A stretch of DNA of 64,000 nt, taken from assembly GCA_963795855.1 (NCBI GenBank), contig CAWCIZ010000003.1, positions 256,001-320,000 on the forward strand, read 5' to 3'. Made by a program: the position numbers and the translations under genes. This stretch comes from Vulcanimicrobiota bacterium (GTDB taxonomy: Bacteria > Vulcanimicrobiota > Vulcanimicrobiia > Vulcanimicrobiales > Vulcanimicrobiaceae). Each line of letters starts with the position of its first letter. Within the stretch, counting starts at the first letter, position 1. The notes beneath the pieces were generated by a model. The model was not told the origin of the DNA and made no database searches. It saw nothing but the letters and a program-made list of their open reading frames with translations. Below are positions 18,937-27,586 of this stretch, in pieces.

Positions 18937-20265
18937 TTGGTCAAAAAAAAATCCCGGCCGTGGTATAAACAGCGCATGCCCGGCCTCTTTCGAGGGTCCT
19001 GCGACCTTACGTTTCGCGGCGAGCGGCCGGCGTTTTACGCAACGCTGCTTTTCGCACTCCCCGCGGCCGCCGCGATCGGCTTCGTCATCCATGAAGAGAT
19101 CGGCATCTCGCAGGTCGCGCTTTTTCTGGTGATCGCGATGGTTTACGTCACGCTTGGGCGCGGCCGGCTCGTCGGAACGAGTGTGCGCATTCACGAAACG
19201 CAGTATCCGGAGTTGTTCGCGGTGGTCAAGCGCTGCGCAGCCGCGCTCGACTTGCCGATGCCCCTGGTTTTCGTGCGGGAAGACTACAACGTTCCCGTGC
19301 TTGCGGTGGGATTGGGCGAACCGTATTCGCTCGTCATTTCGAGCAATTGGATCGAGCACTTCAAGGAAGACGAACTGACATTCATGGTGGGGCGGGAGAT
19401 CGGACACATCGCTTCGGGTCACACACGCCTGACGTCGCTGCTCAGCGTGAACGGAAACGAAAATGCGATCGTGTCGCTCGTTTTCGGGGCGTGGCTTCGC
19501 AAAGCGGAACTCACCTGCGATCGCGTGGGCCTGCTCTGCTGCGGCAGCGTCGACGCCGCGACGCGCGGGATCGCGGTCGCCTCTTTTCATCATTTCGCTC
19601 GCAAAATCGACCATCGAGCGTTTGCGCGCCAGCATCGCGACGCCGGCATGGACGGCATTTTCCGGCTCGGCGAATGGCTCGGCGCGATGCCGTACGCGAC
19701 GACGCGCATCGACGCAATGCAGGCGTTCTCCGTTACGGATCTGTACCGGATGCACGAGCCGCGCTTCGCACGGCCGGACGCACCCGCACCGGTTCATGTC
19801 GTGGAACGCGGCGAAACGACCGTGAAGAGCCGCGACTGCGCCGGGTGGTGGCGGCGTTTCTGGGCCTTCGTCCTCGATACGATCGTCGTGGGCGCCATTG
19901 CCAATATCGTCACGCTGCATGCGGAGTCGCTCAAGAATCAGACGACGGTGCTCTTCGGCAACGTTCACGTCGCGGTGAGCGGCACGTGGTGGCTGAGCAC
20001 GCTGGGATTCCTCGTCTACTGCACGGTTCTCGTTGGCCTCGTGGGTCAGACGCCCGGAATGCTCGTGGCTGGACTGCGCGTCGTACGCACCGACTTCGGG
20101 CGACCCGGCTTCGCACAATCGTTGTGGCGCTACGCGTTACTGATTTTGCTGTGTTGGTACATCGTGCCGCTCAGCCCGTTTTCACGCGTGTATGCCAGCG
20201 ACAAATGGTCGCGTACGCGCCTGATCAAAACCGAGCGCGTCCTCGCGCGAACGGCTACCGCGTAA
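18937..20265 (+). CDS. M48 peptidase-like domain fused to RDD domain
   Basis: QYPEL, EL.F..GREIGH, RKAELTCDR, then AGWWRRFWAFVLD...GQTPG..VAGLRVV (RDD); start may be 18976. Confidence 0.85.
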   Translation: MVKKKSRPWYKQRMPGLFRGSCDLTFRGERPAFYATLLFALPAAAAIGFVIHEEIGISQVALFLVIAMVYVTLGRGRLVGTSVRIHETQYPELFAVVKRCAAALDLPMPLVFVREDYNVPVLAVGLGEPYSLVISSNWIEHFKEDELTFMVGREIGHIASGHTRLTSLLSVNGNENAIVSLVFGAWLRKAELTCDRVGLLCCGSVDAATRGIAVASFHHFARKIDHRAFARQHRDAGMDGIFRLGEWLGAMPYATTRIDAMQAFSVTDLYRMHEPRFARPDAPAPVHVVERGETTVKSRDCAGWWRRFWAFVLDTIVVGAIANIVTLHAESLKNQTTVLFGNVHVAVSGTWWLSTLGFLVYCTVLVGLVGQTPGMLVAGLRVVRTDFGRPGFAQSLWRYALLILLCWYIVPLSPFSRVYASDKWSRTRLIKTERVLARTATA

Positions 20266-20743
20266 TTTGCGTCTGCAACGCGTTGCTCATACGGTTTAAC
20301 GCGTTGACCATGCCGATGAGCGACAGAATTTCGACGATCTCTCCGTCGTCGTAGTGCGTGCGCAGTTCGCTCCACAACGTTTCCGGCAGCGCACGCGCCT
20401 CGCGGGTCAGCGAAACTGCAGTCGATAGGGCTGCTTTTTCACGCGCGCCGAACAAATCGCTGCGCGCAAAATCCCACAGCGCGTTCAGCGAGTCGACGCT
20501 CACGCCTGCAGCGCGCGCTTCCCGCCGGTACGCAACGAGTGCCGGTTCGCAGAAATTCACGGCGGACACCATTGCCGCGCAGAGCGCTTTGGTCGCCGCA
20601 GAAACGGTGCCGCTTCGAATGACGACGCGCAGATAATCGGCCGCTGCGGCGGCGATCTCGGGGCGCGCGGCGAGCGTCGCGAAGAGATTCGCGTCGGGAA
20701 CTTCGCCCGTGCCCGGCGCGGCGAGCGCGGGCAGCCGAGGCAT
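20255..20743 (-). CDS. carboxymuconolactone decarboxylase/AhpD-family protein
   Basis: NLFATLA.RPE, VSAVNFC, REKAAL, HYDDGEIVE, NRMSNAL. Confidence 0.85.
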   Translation of the reverse strand: MPRLPALAAPGTGEVPDANLFATLAARPEIAAAAADYLRVVIRSGTVSAATKALCAAMVSAVNFCEPALVAYRREARAAGVSVDSLNALWDFARSDLFGAREKAALSTAVSLTREARALPETLWSELRTHYDDGEIVEILSLIGMVNALNRMSNALQTQITR

Positions 20744-22167
20744 TACGCCGGACCTTGCGTAAACGGCCTGAATCGCGCGTCGTCGCGCACCGGATCCATA
20801 CGCGGGTCGATCGCGAGCATGCCTCCGAACTGCGAATGCTGCGCGCGCCGCAGCATCTGGAGCGCTTCGCTGCGCCGCCCCATGGCGACCAGCGCCGTTA
20901 TGACGTCCTCGGGGTCGACGGCGTCGTTGGCCATGCCCGCTTGCGCGACGCGCAGCTCCGCCGCCGCGTCGGGGTAATCGTGCGATGCCGCGTAAACGTG
21001 CGCGAGAAGGGCGGCGGCTTCGAGCCGGCAGGTTGCGCAGCTCGCGCCGTAACGCTGATACGCGGCGATCGCCGAGCGATAATCTCCGAGCGCCTCGTAT
21101 GCAAGCCCCATCGCTTGATACGCATCGAAGCGCTCCGGCGAAAGGTCCAGCGCCTGCTGCGCGTACCGCACCGCCTGCGTATACCGTCGGGACATATAAG
21201 CGGCTTCGGAAAGCCAGTCGGTCGCGGCGACCGATTCGGGATCCAGCACCGCGGCCTTGTGCAATTCGTCGAACGCCTCCGACCCGCGTCCCTCGCGAAG
21301 CAGCGCCATGCCGTACCACTGATGCGCCGGAGCGTACGCAGGGTCGAGCGCAATAGCGCGCCGGTATTCGATCTGTCCGGCGACGGCGTGGTGCTGCTTG
21401 ATTTCGACTAGGCCGAGCGCGGCATGCGCTTCTGCCGAATCGGAATCGAGCGCCAACGCTCGGTCCGCGTAGGTTCTCGCCCTGGCGAAAGCCCGGGTCT
21501 TCGTGATTGGGCCGAAGCCGTAGTCGCCCTCGATCGCGTACGCCACCGCTAGCCCGGCATAGCCGAGAGGATTGTGGGGATCGCTGGCCGTGACTTGATC
21601 GAAGTAGCGCAGACTCTTGCTAATCCCGTCGGCAGTCCGCTGGTTCCAATAGAACTTGCCCATGGAGTAGAGTCGCGCACCGTCCGGCGAGAGTGCAGCG
21701 GCGCCACGTAAAGGCTGCCGCGCATGCGCGAGCCCGCCGACCGCCACGCCGAGTAGCAGTACGATCGCCGCAGCAGCGGCTGCAAGTGACGACCAAGCAC
21801 GGCGCCGGGGCCGCTCGGTGACCGCGGTCACGTCCGGAGCCTGGGCAGGTATATCCGCCTCTTGGCTGACGGGTGCGGTGAAGCGGTAACCGCGCCGCGG
21901 AACCGTTTCGATGGCGTCGCGCTCCCAACGGAGCCGAAGGGCCTTCCGGATGACGTAAATGTTTTGAGCGAGGTTGGCTTCTTCGACGAATCCTTCGGGC
22001 CAGACGCGTGCGAGCAATTCGCTCTTGCTCAGTATGTCGCCCGGATGCTCGACCAGTGCGAGCAGCGTCTCAACCACCTTAGGACCCAAGGCGATGGGTG
22101 CCTCACCAAATGAAAGCATCAGTGGTTCTCTGTCAAGCCGAAACGGCCCGAACCGATACCTCGTCAT
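20743..22167 (-). CDS. CadC/ToxR-like winged-helix + TM + TPR regulator
   Basis: MTRYRFGPFRLD...VWPEGFVEEANLAQNI..IRKAL..IETVPRRGYRF, one TM helix, TPRs; GAGGAG RBS. Confidence 0.9.
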   Translation of the reverse strand: MTRYRFGPFRLDREPLMLSFGEAPIALGPKVVETLLALVEHPGDILSKSELLARVWPEGFVEEANLAQNIYVIRKALRLRWERDAIETVPRRGYRFTAPVSQEADIPAQAPDVTAVTERPRRRAWSSLAAAAAAIVLLLGVAVGGLAHARQPLRGAAALSPDGARLYSMGKFYWNQRTADGISKSLRYFDQVTASDPHNPLGYAGLAVAYAIEGDYGFGPITKTRAFARARTYADRALALDSDSAEAHAALGLVEIKQHHAVAGQIEYRRAIALDPAYAPAHQWYGMALLREGRGSEAFDELHKAAVLDPESVAATDWLSEAAYMSRRYTQAVRYAQQALDLSPERFDAYQAMGLAYEALGDYRSAIAAYQRYGASCATCRLEAAALLAHVYAASHDYPDAAAELRVAQAGMANDAVDPEDVITALVAMGRRSEALQMLRRAQHSQFGGMLAIDPRMDPVRDDARFRPFTQGPA

Positions 22168-22444
22168 CAGCGCTCCTCTTTCCAACTCTCGCCGATGGGA
22201 TTTCTCATGTCCGCAGGCTCGCGCCTTGCTGCGGGCGGATGCGGCCCCGGCGGTGCACCCCGTAACGGATGAACGCCGCGCAGCGTGACGCAGTTCGTCA
22301 CGAAACGCATTCAAACCGTCACACTATTTTACGCGAAACGATTTGCGAAATGCGCATGAAACAAAAGTTGTATGCGTGCAGTAGAAGCGGGTGTACATTA
22401 CGGATGGAACGCGGGTGCGTTCCTCGCTAAACAAAGGATTTATT

Positions 22445-22606
22445 GTGAAAATCGCTGCGAAACAGCAAGCGAAAAACCAGGAAAAGCCGCAAGCGCGTCC
22501 CACGATCTCCCTCGAAAGAGTGTTGACGACCGGACCCGACACGTCTTCATTTGGAGGCTGGGGTCCAAAAGTGAGCGCCGGTAACTTTTTGAAAAACTGG
22601 AATTAA
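22445..22606 (+). CDS. small peptide, GWGPK family copy 3 (53 aa as assembled)
   Basis: AAAGGA RBS then GTG; MKIAAKQQAKNQEKPQARPTISLERVLTTGPDTSSFGGWGPKVSAGNFLKNWN*. Confidence 0.6.
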   Translation: MKIAAKQQAKNQEKPQARPTISLERVLTTGPDTSSFGGWGPKVSAGNFLKNWN

Positions 22607-22646
22607 TCGCGATTTAAAGTTTCACTCATATCGCTATGATATGAAT

Positions 22647-22759
22647 GAAAAACGAGCGGCGTTGTCCTCCACCAACGAAGCTCGTTCGACTCCTACCTCG
22701 TAGAGTGCAGCAAGACGGGTTGGCGATGTCTCCACCATCGCCAACCCAAATTTTTTTTT
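22647..22759 (+). ncRNA. candidate small RNA (or structured 3' UTR) with three hairpins and CUCC loops
   Basis: TATGAT -10-like box 22635-22640; stems at 22651-22686, 22689-22706 and 22717-22747; T-tract. Confidence 0.5.
22717..22759 (+). terminator. rho-independent terminator
   Basis: GGGTTGGCGATG-TCTCCAC-CATCGCCAACCC followed by AAA and a T-run. Confidence 0.8.
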
Positions 22760-23733
22760 ACGATACGTACGGTTCGTTCGGCGCCACCGGCGCGAGTATG
22801 CGATCCATCTGCGCGAACGTCGCCGCATCGATGTCCAAATCGCCGGCAGCAGCATTGTCCTTCACGTGTTCCGGCTTCGTCGCACCGGCGATCACGCTCG
22901 TGACCGCGGGCTGACGCAAGCACCACGCCAACGCCAGTTGCGACATGCTGCAGTTTGCGCGTTCTGCGAGCGGCCGCAAACGCTGCACGGCATCCAGCAC
23001 CGCCTGATTGAAATAGTCCTCCATCATGTCCGCGTTGGGTCCCGCCGCGCGCGTTCCGGATTGCGGATGCGACGCATCGGTATATTTGCCGCTCAGAATC
23101 CCCATCGCAAGCGGAGACCACACGACGTTTCCCAATCCGTAGCGCGCGCACGCGGGAAGGACGCGATCCTCGATGCGGCGCCATAACGCGCTGTATTGCG
23201 GCTGATTGCTGATCGGTACGGCCCATCCGCGCGCGCGGCACACGTTCACCGCGGCAACGATTTGATCAGCGTTCCACTCCGAAACGCCCCAATACAAAAT
23301 CTTTCCGGCGCGTACGAGGTCGTTCATCATCTCGCACGTTTCTTCGAGCGGCGTCGCGAGATCGTAGCGGTGGCATTGGTAGAGATCTACGTAGTCCACC
23401 TGAAGGCGGCGTAGCGAGTGATGAATCTGATCGCGAATGTGTTTGCGCGAAAGCCCGCGCTCGTTCGGTCCGTCACCCATCGGAAAATACACCTTCGTTG
23501 CGAGAACCAGCCGATCGCGCGGCAACTCCTTTACGATCGGCCCGAGCACTTCTTCAGCGGCACCGCGCGCATAGACGTTCGCCGTATCGATGAAATTGAT
23601 GCCGCGCTGCCACGCCTCCAGCACACACGTTCGCGCGATGTCGGCGCCGACGTTTCCGCCGTATGTCAGCCACGACCCCAAACCGACTACTGAGAGTCTG
23701 CAAACCGGAATGTCCTAACGATCGATATCGCAT
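22758..23733 (-). CDS. aldo/keto reductase (Kv-beta-like); frameshift ~23695
   Basis: MRYRSLGHSGLQ / GLGSWLTYG, DTANVY, DLYQCHRYD, GVSEW, WSPLA. Confidence 0.93.
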
Positions 23734-23741
23734 TTCGAGCG

Positions 23742-24560
23742 CTACGGCACCAAGATGCGAAGCGCCTTCGGCACCACGTCAAACTCAGCCGGCGTCAATC
23801 CGGCCGGTTCGCCATCCGCGCTGACGTGATGCGGGTGATGCGTCGAGATCGAAAAACGCGCGGCTCTCCGCGTGCGCAGGCCTCGTCCGGAGGACGGATC
23901 GCGCGCGACGATTTTTCGCACCACGGCGAATGCGTCGAACCAATTTCGCGGCTCGACACTGTACAGATCGAGCCATCCGTCGTCGATCGCAGCATCTTCG
24001 CGTTCGATTATGCCGCCGAACCGCGCGTTGTTGGCAACGGTTATCTGCACCGTCCGGCACGATTCGCGTTTCCCGTCGAATGCGATTTCGGCGAAGAACG
24101 GCCGAATGTCGCGAAGCGTCTGCAGCGTGGTCGAAACAACCCCTAACGCGCCGAAGCGCTGCTTGAGCTCGGGCGTTTGCCGTCTTGCAATGCGCGCCGA
24201 AACGCCGATGCTCGCTTCGTTGACGAAATAGCGGCCGTTCACCCGGCCGACGTCAATCGCGCGCGTGCGGCCCCCCGCGATCACCGAACAAGCCGCCGAG
24301 ACGTCCAGCGGAACGCCGAGCGTCTTTGCCAGATCGTTGAAGGTGCCCAGCGGCACGATGCCGAGCGGTGCGCCGCGTTCCAACGCGAGCGGAATAGCGC
24401 CGATGACGGTTCCGTCACCTCCCGCTGCGATGACCGCGTTGCACGGCTGCGCCGCATCGTTCGAACACTCGATGCCCGCACGCTCGAGCATGCTGCACGC
24501 GGCGGCGCCTTCGCGCGCGCCCAAACGCGAGCGCTCGTTCACGATGAGAAGAGCTTTCAA
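23742..24560 (-). CDS. YegS/DAGK-family lipid kinase
   Basis: AGGDGT, PLGTFNDLA, IDVG, DDGWLD, DGE. Confidence 0.93.
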   Translation of the reverse strand: MKALLIVNERSRLGAREGAAACSMLERAGIECSNDAAQPCNAVIAAGGDGTVIGAIPLALERGAPLGIVPLGTFNDLAKTLGVPLDVSAACSVIAGGRTRAIDVGRVNGRYFVNEASIGVSARIARRQTPELKQRFGALGVVSTTLQTLRDIRPFFAEIAFDGKRESCRTVQITVANNARFGGIIEREDAAIDDGWLDLYSVEPRNWFDAFAVVRKIVARDPSSGRGLRTRRAARFSISTHHPHHVSADGEPAGLTPAEFDVVPKALRILVP

Positions 24561-24613
24561 CGAGCTCCCTTTACCCGCGGGACGCGGCGTTTTCGCCGCA
24601 GAACGACGGCGCG

Positions 24614-25936
24614 GTGCTGCTGCAGCGCCGCCTGGGAGTCGTCGACTTCACGCTCATCACGATCGGGTCGGTCATCGGTTCCGGCATATTCCGCAACCCG
24701 GCCCTCGTTGCGCAGCGCGCGCACGCGCCTTTCCTCATCACCACGTGCTGGATCGCCGGCGGCCTGCTCGCACTGATCGGCGCATTCGTGTTTGCAGAAC
24801 TCGCGGGTCGCAGGCCCCTCGACGGCGGCCTGTATGCCTACCTTCGGGAGGCGTACCATCCGGGCGTCGGTTTTATTTTCGGATGGATGATCTTTTGGAT
24901 TCTGTATACCGGCGGAACGGCAGCGTCAGCCGTGCTCTTTGCCGGATATCTCGCGCCCGCGCTCGGCGTCACTGCAGACCCACGGCTCGTTGCCTGCCTT
25001 ACCCTTGCGTGCGTTACCGCAATCAATGCGCTCGGCGTGCGGCAAGGCGCGGGATGGCAGCATTTTCTCGTCGTTCTCAAGGTTTGCGCGATCGGATCGC
25101 TGATCGTCGCAGGGTTCGCCGCGCATCCGATAGCCGCGCACGCGTCGACGCTGCCCGAACTAGGTAAACCTTGGCACGTCGCCGCGGCTTTAGGCGTTGC
25201 GATGCTGCCGGCCTTGTTTTCATATAACGGATTCCAATCGGCGACGTACGTTAGCGCAGAAGTGCGCGAACCGGCGAATACGATTCCGCGCGGCATGCTG
25301 CTCGGCGTGAGCGTCGTCATCGCGGTGTACATCCTCGTGAGCACCGGATGTTTGCGGGTGTTGGGACCGGCCGCACTCTCGGCGTCGCCGACGCCGGCCG
25401 CCGACGTTATGCGCGCGGCGTTCGGAACGATCGGCGAGCGCGCGATCGCGATCGCGATCGCGCTTTCAACGCTCGGATTCATGAGCACCGCGATTTTGGT
25501 TGCGCCTCGCGTCTACTTCCAACTCGCAGAGGATGGGATGCTCTTCCGGCAGGTCGCTTGGGTCCACCCGCGCACGCGCGTGCCGATCGTCGCGATCGTG
25601 ATGCATGGTGCAATGTCCGCAGTGCTGGCGGCAAGCGGAACGTTCGAGCAAATCGTCAATTGGGTAACCCTCCCGAGCTGGTGCTTCATCGCGCTGGCCG
25701 CGCTGGCAATTTTCATATTCCGGCGGCGCGATGCCAATCTGCCGCCGCCGCGCGTCCGCGTCCCCGGCCATCCTTGGACGACGCTGCTCCTGATCGCCGC
25801 GGTAGCAGGCGTCGTCATCGCGGAGATCGCCATCTATCCGCGCGATTCGCTCTACTCGATCCTCGTGCTCGCCGCCGGCGGGCTGGTCTACCTGACGTTT
25901 TTCAGTTTTCGCCGCTATCGGGAATGGCGCGCATGA
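24614..25936 (+). CDS. APC-family amino acid permease
   Basis: IGSGIF, FAEL, GG.YAYL, 12 TM pattern. Confidence 0.93.
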   Translation: MLLQRRLGVVDFTLITIGSVIGSGIFRNPALVAQRAHAPFLITTCWIAGGLLALIGAFVFAELAGRRPLDGGLYAYLREAYHPGVGFIFGWMIFWILYTGGTAASAVLFAGYLAPALGVTADPRLVACLTLACVTAINALGVRQGAGWQHFLVVLKVCAIGSLIVAGFAAHPIAAHASTLPELGKPWHVAAALGVAMLPALFSYNGFQSATYVSAEVREPANTIPRGMLLGVSVVIAVYILVSTGCLRVLGPAALSASPTPAADVMRAAFGTIGERAIAIAIALSTLGFMSTAILVAPRVYFQLAEDGMLFRQVAWVHPRTRVPIVAIVMHGAMSAVLAASGTFEQIVNWVTLPSWCFIALAALAIFIFRRRDANLPPPRVRVPGHPWTTLLLIAAVAGVVIAEIAIYPRDSLYSILVLAAGGLVYLTFFSFRRYREWRA

Positions 25937-26273
25937 TGTCGTGGGCGAGCGCGTTCGCACTCTGGTCCGGGGGAAGTTGAACGGCGATCCGCGGAAAGCG
26001 TTCGCCGTGCGTTTCGATGACCAGACACTCGCCCGCGCCGCTCACGTCGCAGAAGATGATGCCGTACGGATTCGCGAAAACGCCCGCGCTCTTGAGCATG
26101 CCGAAGTTCAGGCCTTCGAGTTTGTACTGCAACTGCAGGTCTTCGAAGTCGCTCACGTATGCGTTGACGACGTGCGCCAACGGGATGTGGAACGAACCGT
26201 GAAATGCCAGGAGCGAGTCCAGTAAGGACAGTTTTATGGTGAGAGTATCGTCGACGATCGCTACGTCCGCCAA
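25902..26273 (-). CDS. hypothetical protein (PH-like fold suspected)
   Basis: GGAG RBS; LLAFHGSFHIPLAHV pattern. Confidence 0.7.
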   Translation of the reverse strand: MADVAIVDDTLTIKLSLLDSLLAFHGSFHIPLAHVVNAYVSDFEDLQLQYKLEGLNFGMLKSAGVFANPYGIIFCDVSGAGECLVIETHGERFPRIAVQLPPDQSANALAHDIMRAIPDSGEN

Positions 26274-26388
26274 GTTTCACGCTCCGTTTCAAGAGTTTCC
26301 GGCGTTTTCAACGGCTCCATTTTTTCGGCCTCTCGTGTTGTAAATGCGGCCGTGCATGGGAACATTTGATGACCAAGGGAGAAATGCT

Positions 26389-26697
26389 ATGCCTGGTACT
26401 GCAAAGAGCAAATCGCGGACCTCTCGCAAGAAGTCCGCAAGCAAGAAAGTAAAGCCGGCTTCCGGTCTGAAAGCGAAGGCGAAGAAGGCCGCGGCGCCGT
26501 TGAAACGTGCGGCAAAGAATCCGAAACGAACGGTGAAGAAGGCCGCGGAAAACGTGCACGATAAAGCTTCGAGCGCGCGCAAGGTCGGCGAATCCGTCGT
26601 ATCGGCGGGCGAGCTCATCAAACAAACCGCCGACTTTGTGGATGCGATGGCTACGCGTGCGGGAAAGCGATCGACGGGGGCACGCACCAAGAAATAA
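26389..26697 (+). CDS. basic Lys/Ala-rich histone-H1-like protein
   Basis: MPGTAKSKSRTSRKKSASKKVKPA...AKKAAAP; GGGAG RBS. Confidence 0.75.
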   Translation: MPGTAKSKSRTSRKKSASKKVKPASGLKAKAKKAAAPLKRAAKNPKRTVKKAAENVHDKASSARKVGESVVSAGELIKQTADFVDAMATRAGKRSTGARTKK

Positions 26698-26725
26698 GGG
26701 CCGGCATTCCTGGGAGTGCCGGCCC
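26698..26725. terminator. hairpin between convergent genes
   Basis: GGGCCGGCATTCC-TG-GGAGTGCCGGCCC. Confidence 0.6.
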
Positions 26726-26734
26726 CGAGTCGAT

Positions 26735-27103
26735 TTAGAATTCCACGTCGTACAGATAGGAACCGGCGACCCGTTCGCAGTTGGAAGTTTCCGGCGTAAA
26801 GCGTGTCAGACGTGCGGATTGAAGCGCCGCGTCGTCGAGCAGCGCGTTGCCGCTGCCGGCGTAGAGTCTTGCGCCGATCAGGTTTCCGGACGCGTCCAGA
26901 TCGATCTTGACCTGCGAAACGCCGCTTGCACCAAGTTCGGCTGCCATTGTCGGCATCTGCCAGAACGGCGTTCCATCCACGCCGGCAGCAACGTCGCATC
27001 CCGGACGCGAGCTGACGACGGCTACGTGGTGCGAGAATGGAACCATCGTTATAGCGGGCACTGCGGCAGCGGCCGCGACCGCTGCAACTATCAAACTAAG
27101 CAT
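26735..27103 (-). CDS. secreted TonB C-terminal-domain protein
   Basis: GAGGAG RBS; signal peptide; G...VKIDLDASG...GSGNALLDDAAL..AR..RFTP. Confidence 0.82.
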   Translation of the reverse strand: MLSLIVAAVAAAAAVPAITMVPFSHHVAVVSSRPGCDVAAGVDGTPFWQMPTMAAELGASGVSQVKIDLDASGNLIGARLYAGSGNALLDDAALQSARLTRFTPETSNCERVAGSYLYDVEF

Positions 27104-27219
27104 TGCGATCTCCTCATCGTCGCCGCGCGCGGTGCGTGGCGACAGATGGAGCGCTCGATCTCGGCAAGATGTAAGAGGGGGTACGGGAGGGGTACCCCCT
27201 TTTACTCGCGACCCGGCAT

Positions 27220-27357
27220 CTACAGTTTCGGGCCCCAACCGGGGAAAAGTCCGGTATTGACCGGCCGAATGTGGTGCACCAGGTGCGAACGTTCTTGGTC
27301 GTCGCGCTGCTCGGTCTCGTCAGCGGCTTGCAGTTTGCGATACACCTTGGGGGACAT
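27220..27357 (-). CDS. small peptide, GWGPK family copy 2 (45 aa; not in the ORF track)
   Basis: AAGGAG RBS 6 nt before ATG; MSPKVYRKLQAADETEQRDDQERSHLVHHIRPVNTGLFPGWGPKL*. Confidence 0.75.
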   Translation of the reverse strand: MSPKVYRKLQAADETEQRDDQERSHLVHHIRPVNTGLFPGWGPKL

Positions 27358-27586
27358 CTTGCGCTCCTTCAACGGCTTCAAATCGAGCCGATGAATCAAT
27401 GCTAGTCAGATGCCGTCGCGCGGCCGTCCGAAGATCGTCCTGGCGCCGTTTTTTTTATGGCGGTCAAGCCCACTCGCTAGGTGAGTCTCCCTTACGGGTT
27501 AGAGTCACCGGCGCCGAGGCAGAGCGTCCAGGCTGGCTTCTCCGGGTTTATCGGAATCGGAGCAGTGCGGCCCACATCGTGGTGCC

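Noticed and set aside
22167..22310. 47-aa minus-strand ORF overlapping the wHTH-TPR start (TGATG)
   Set aside because: No SD and no recognisable motif; the downstream gene has its own strong SD
22480..22570. c-di-GMP-I riboswitch resemblance (CTCGAAAGAG, GACG)
   Set aside because: It lacks the GGCAAA and GCAAAG conserved elements; the region is better explained as coding for peptide copy 3
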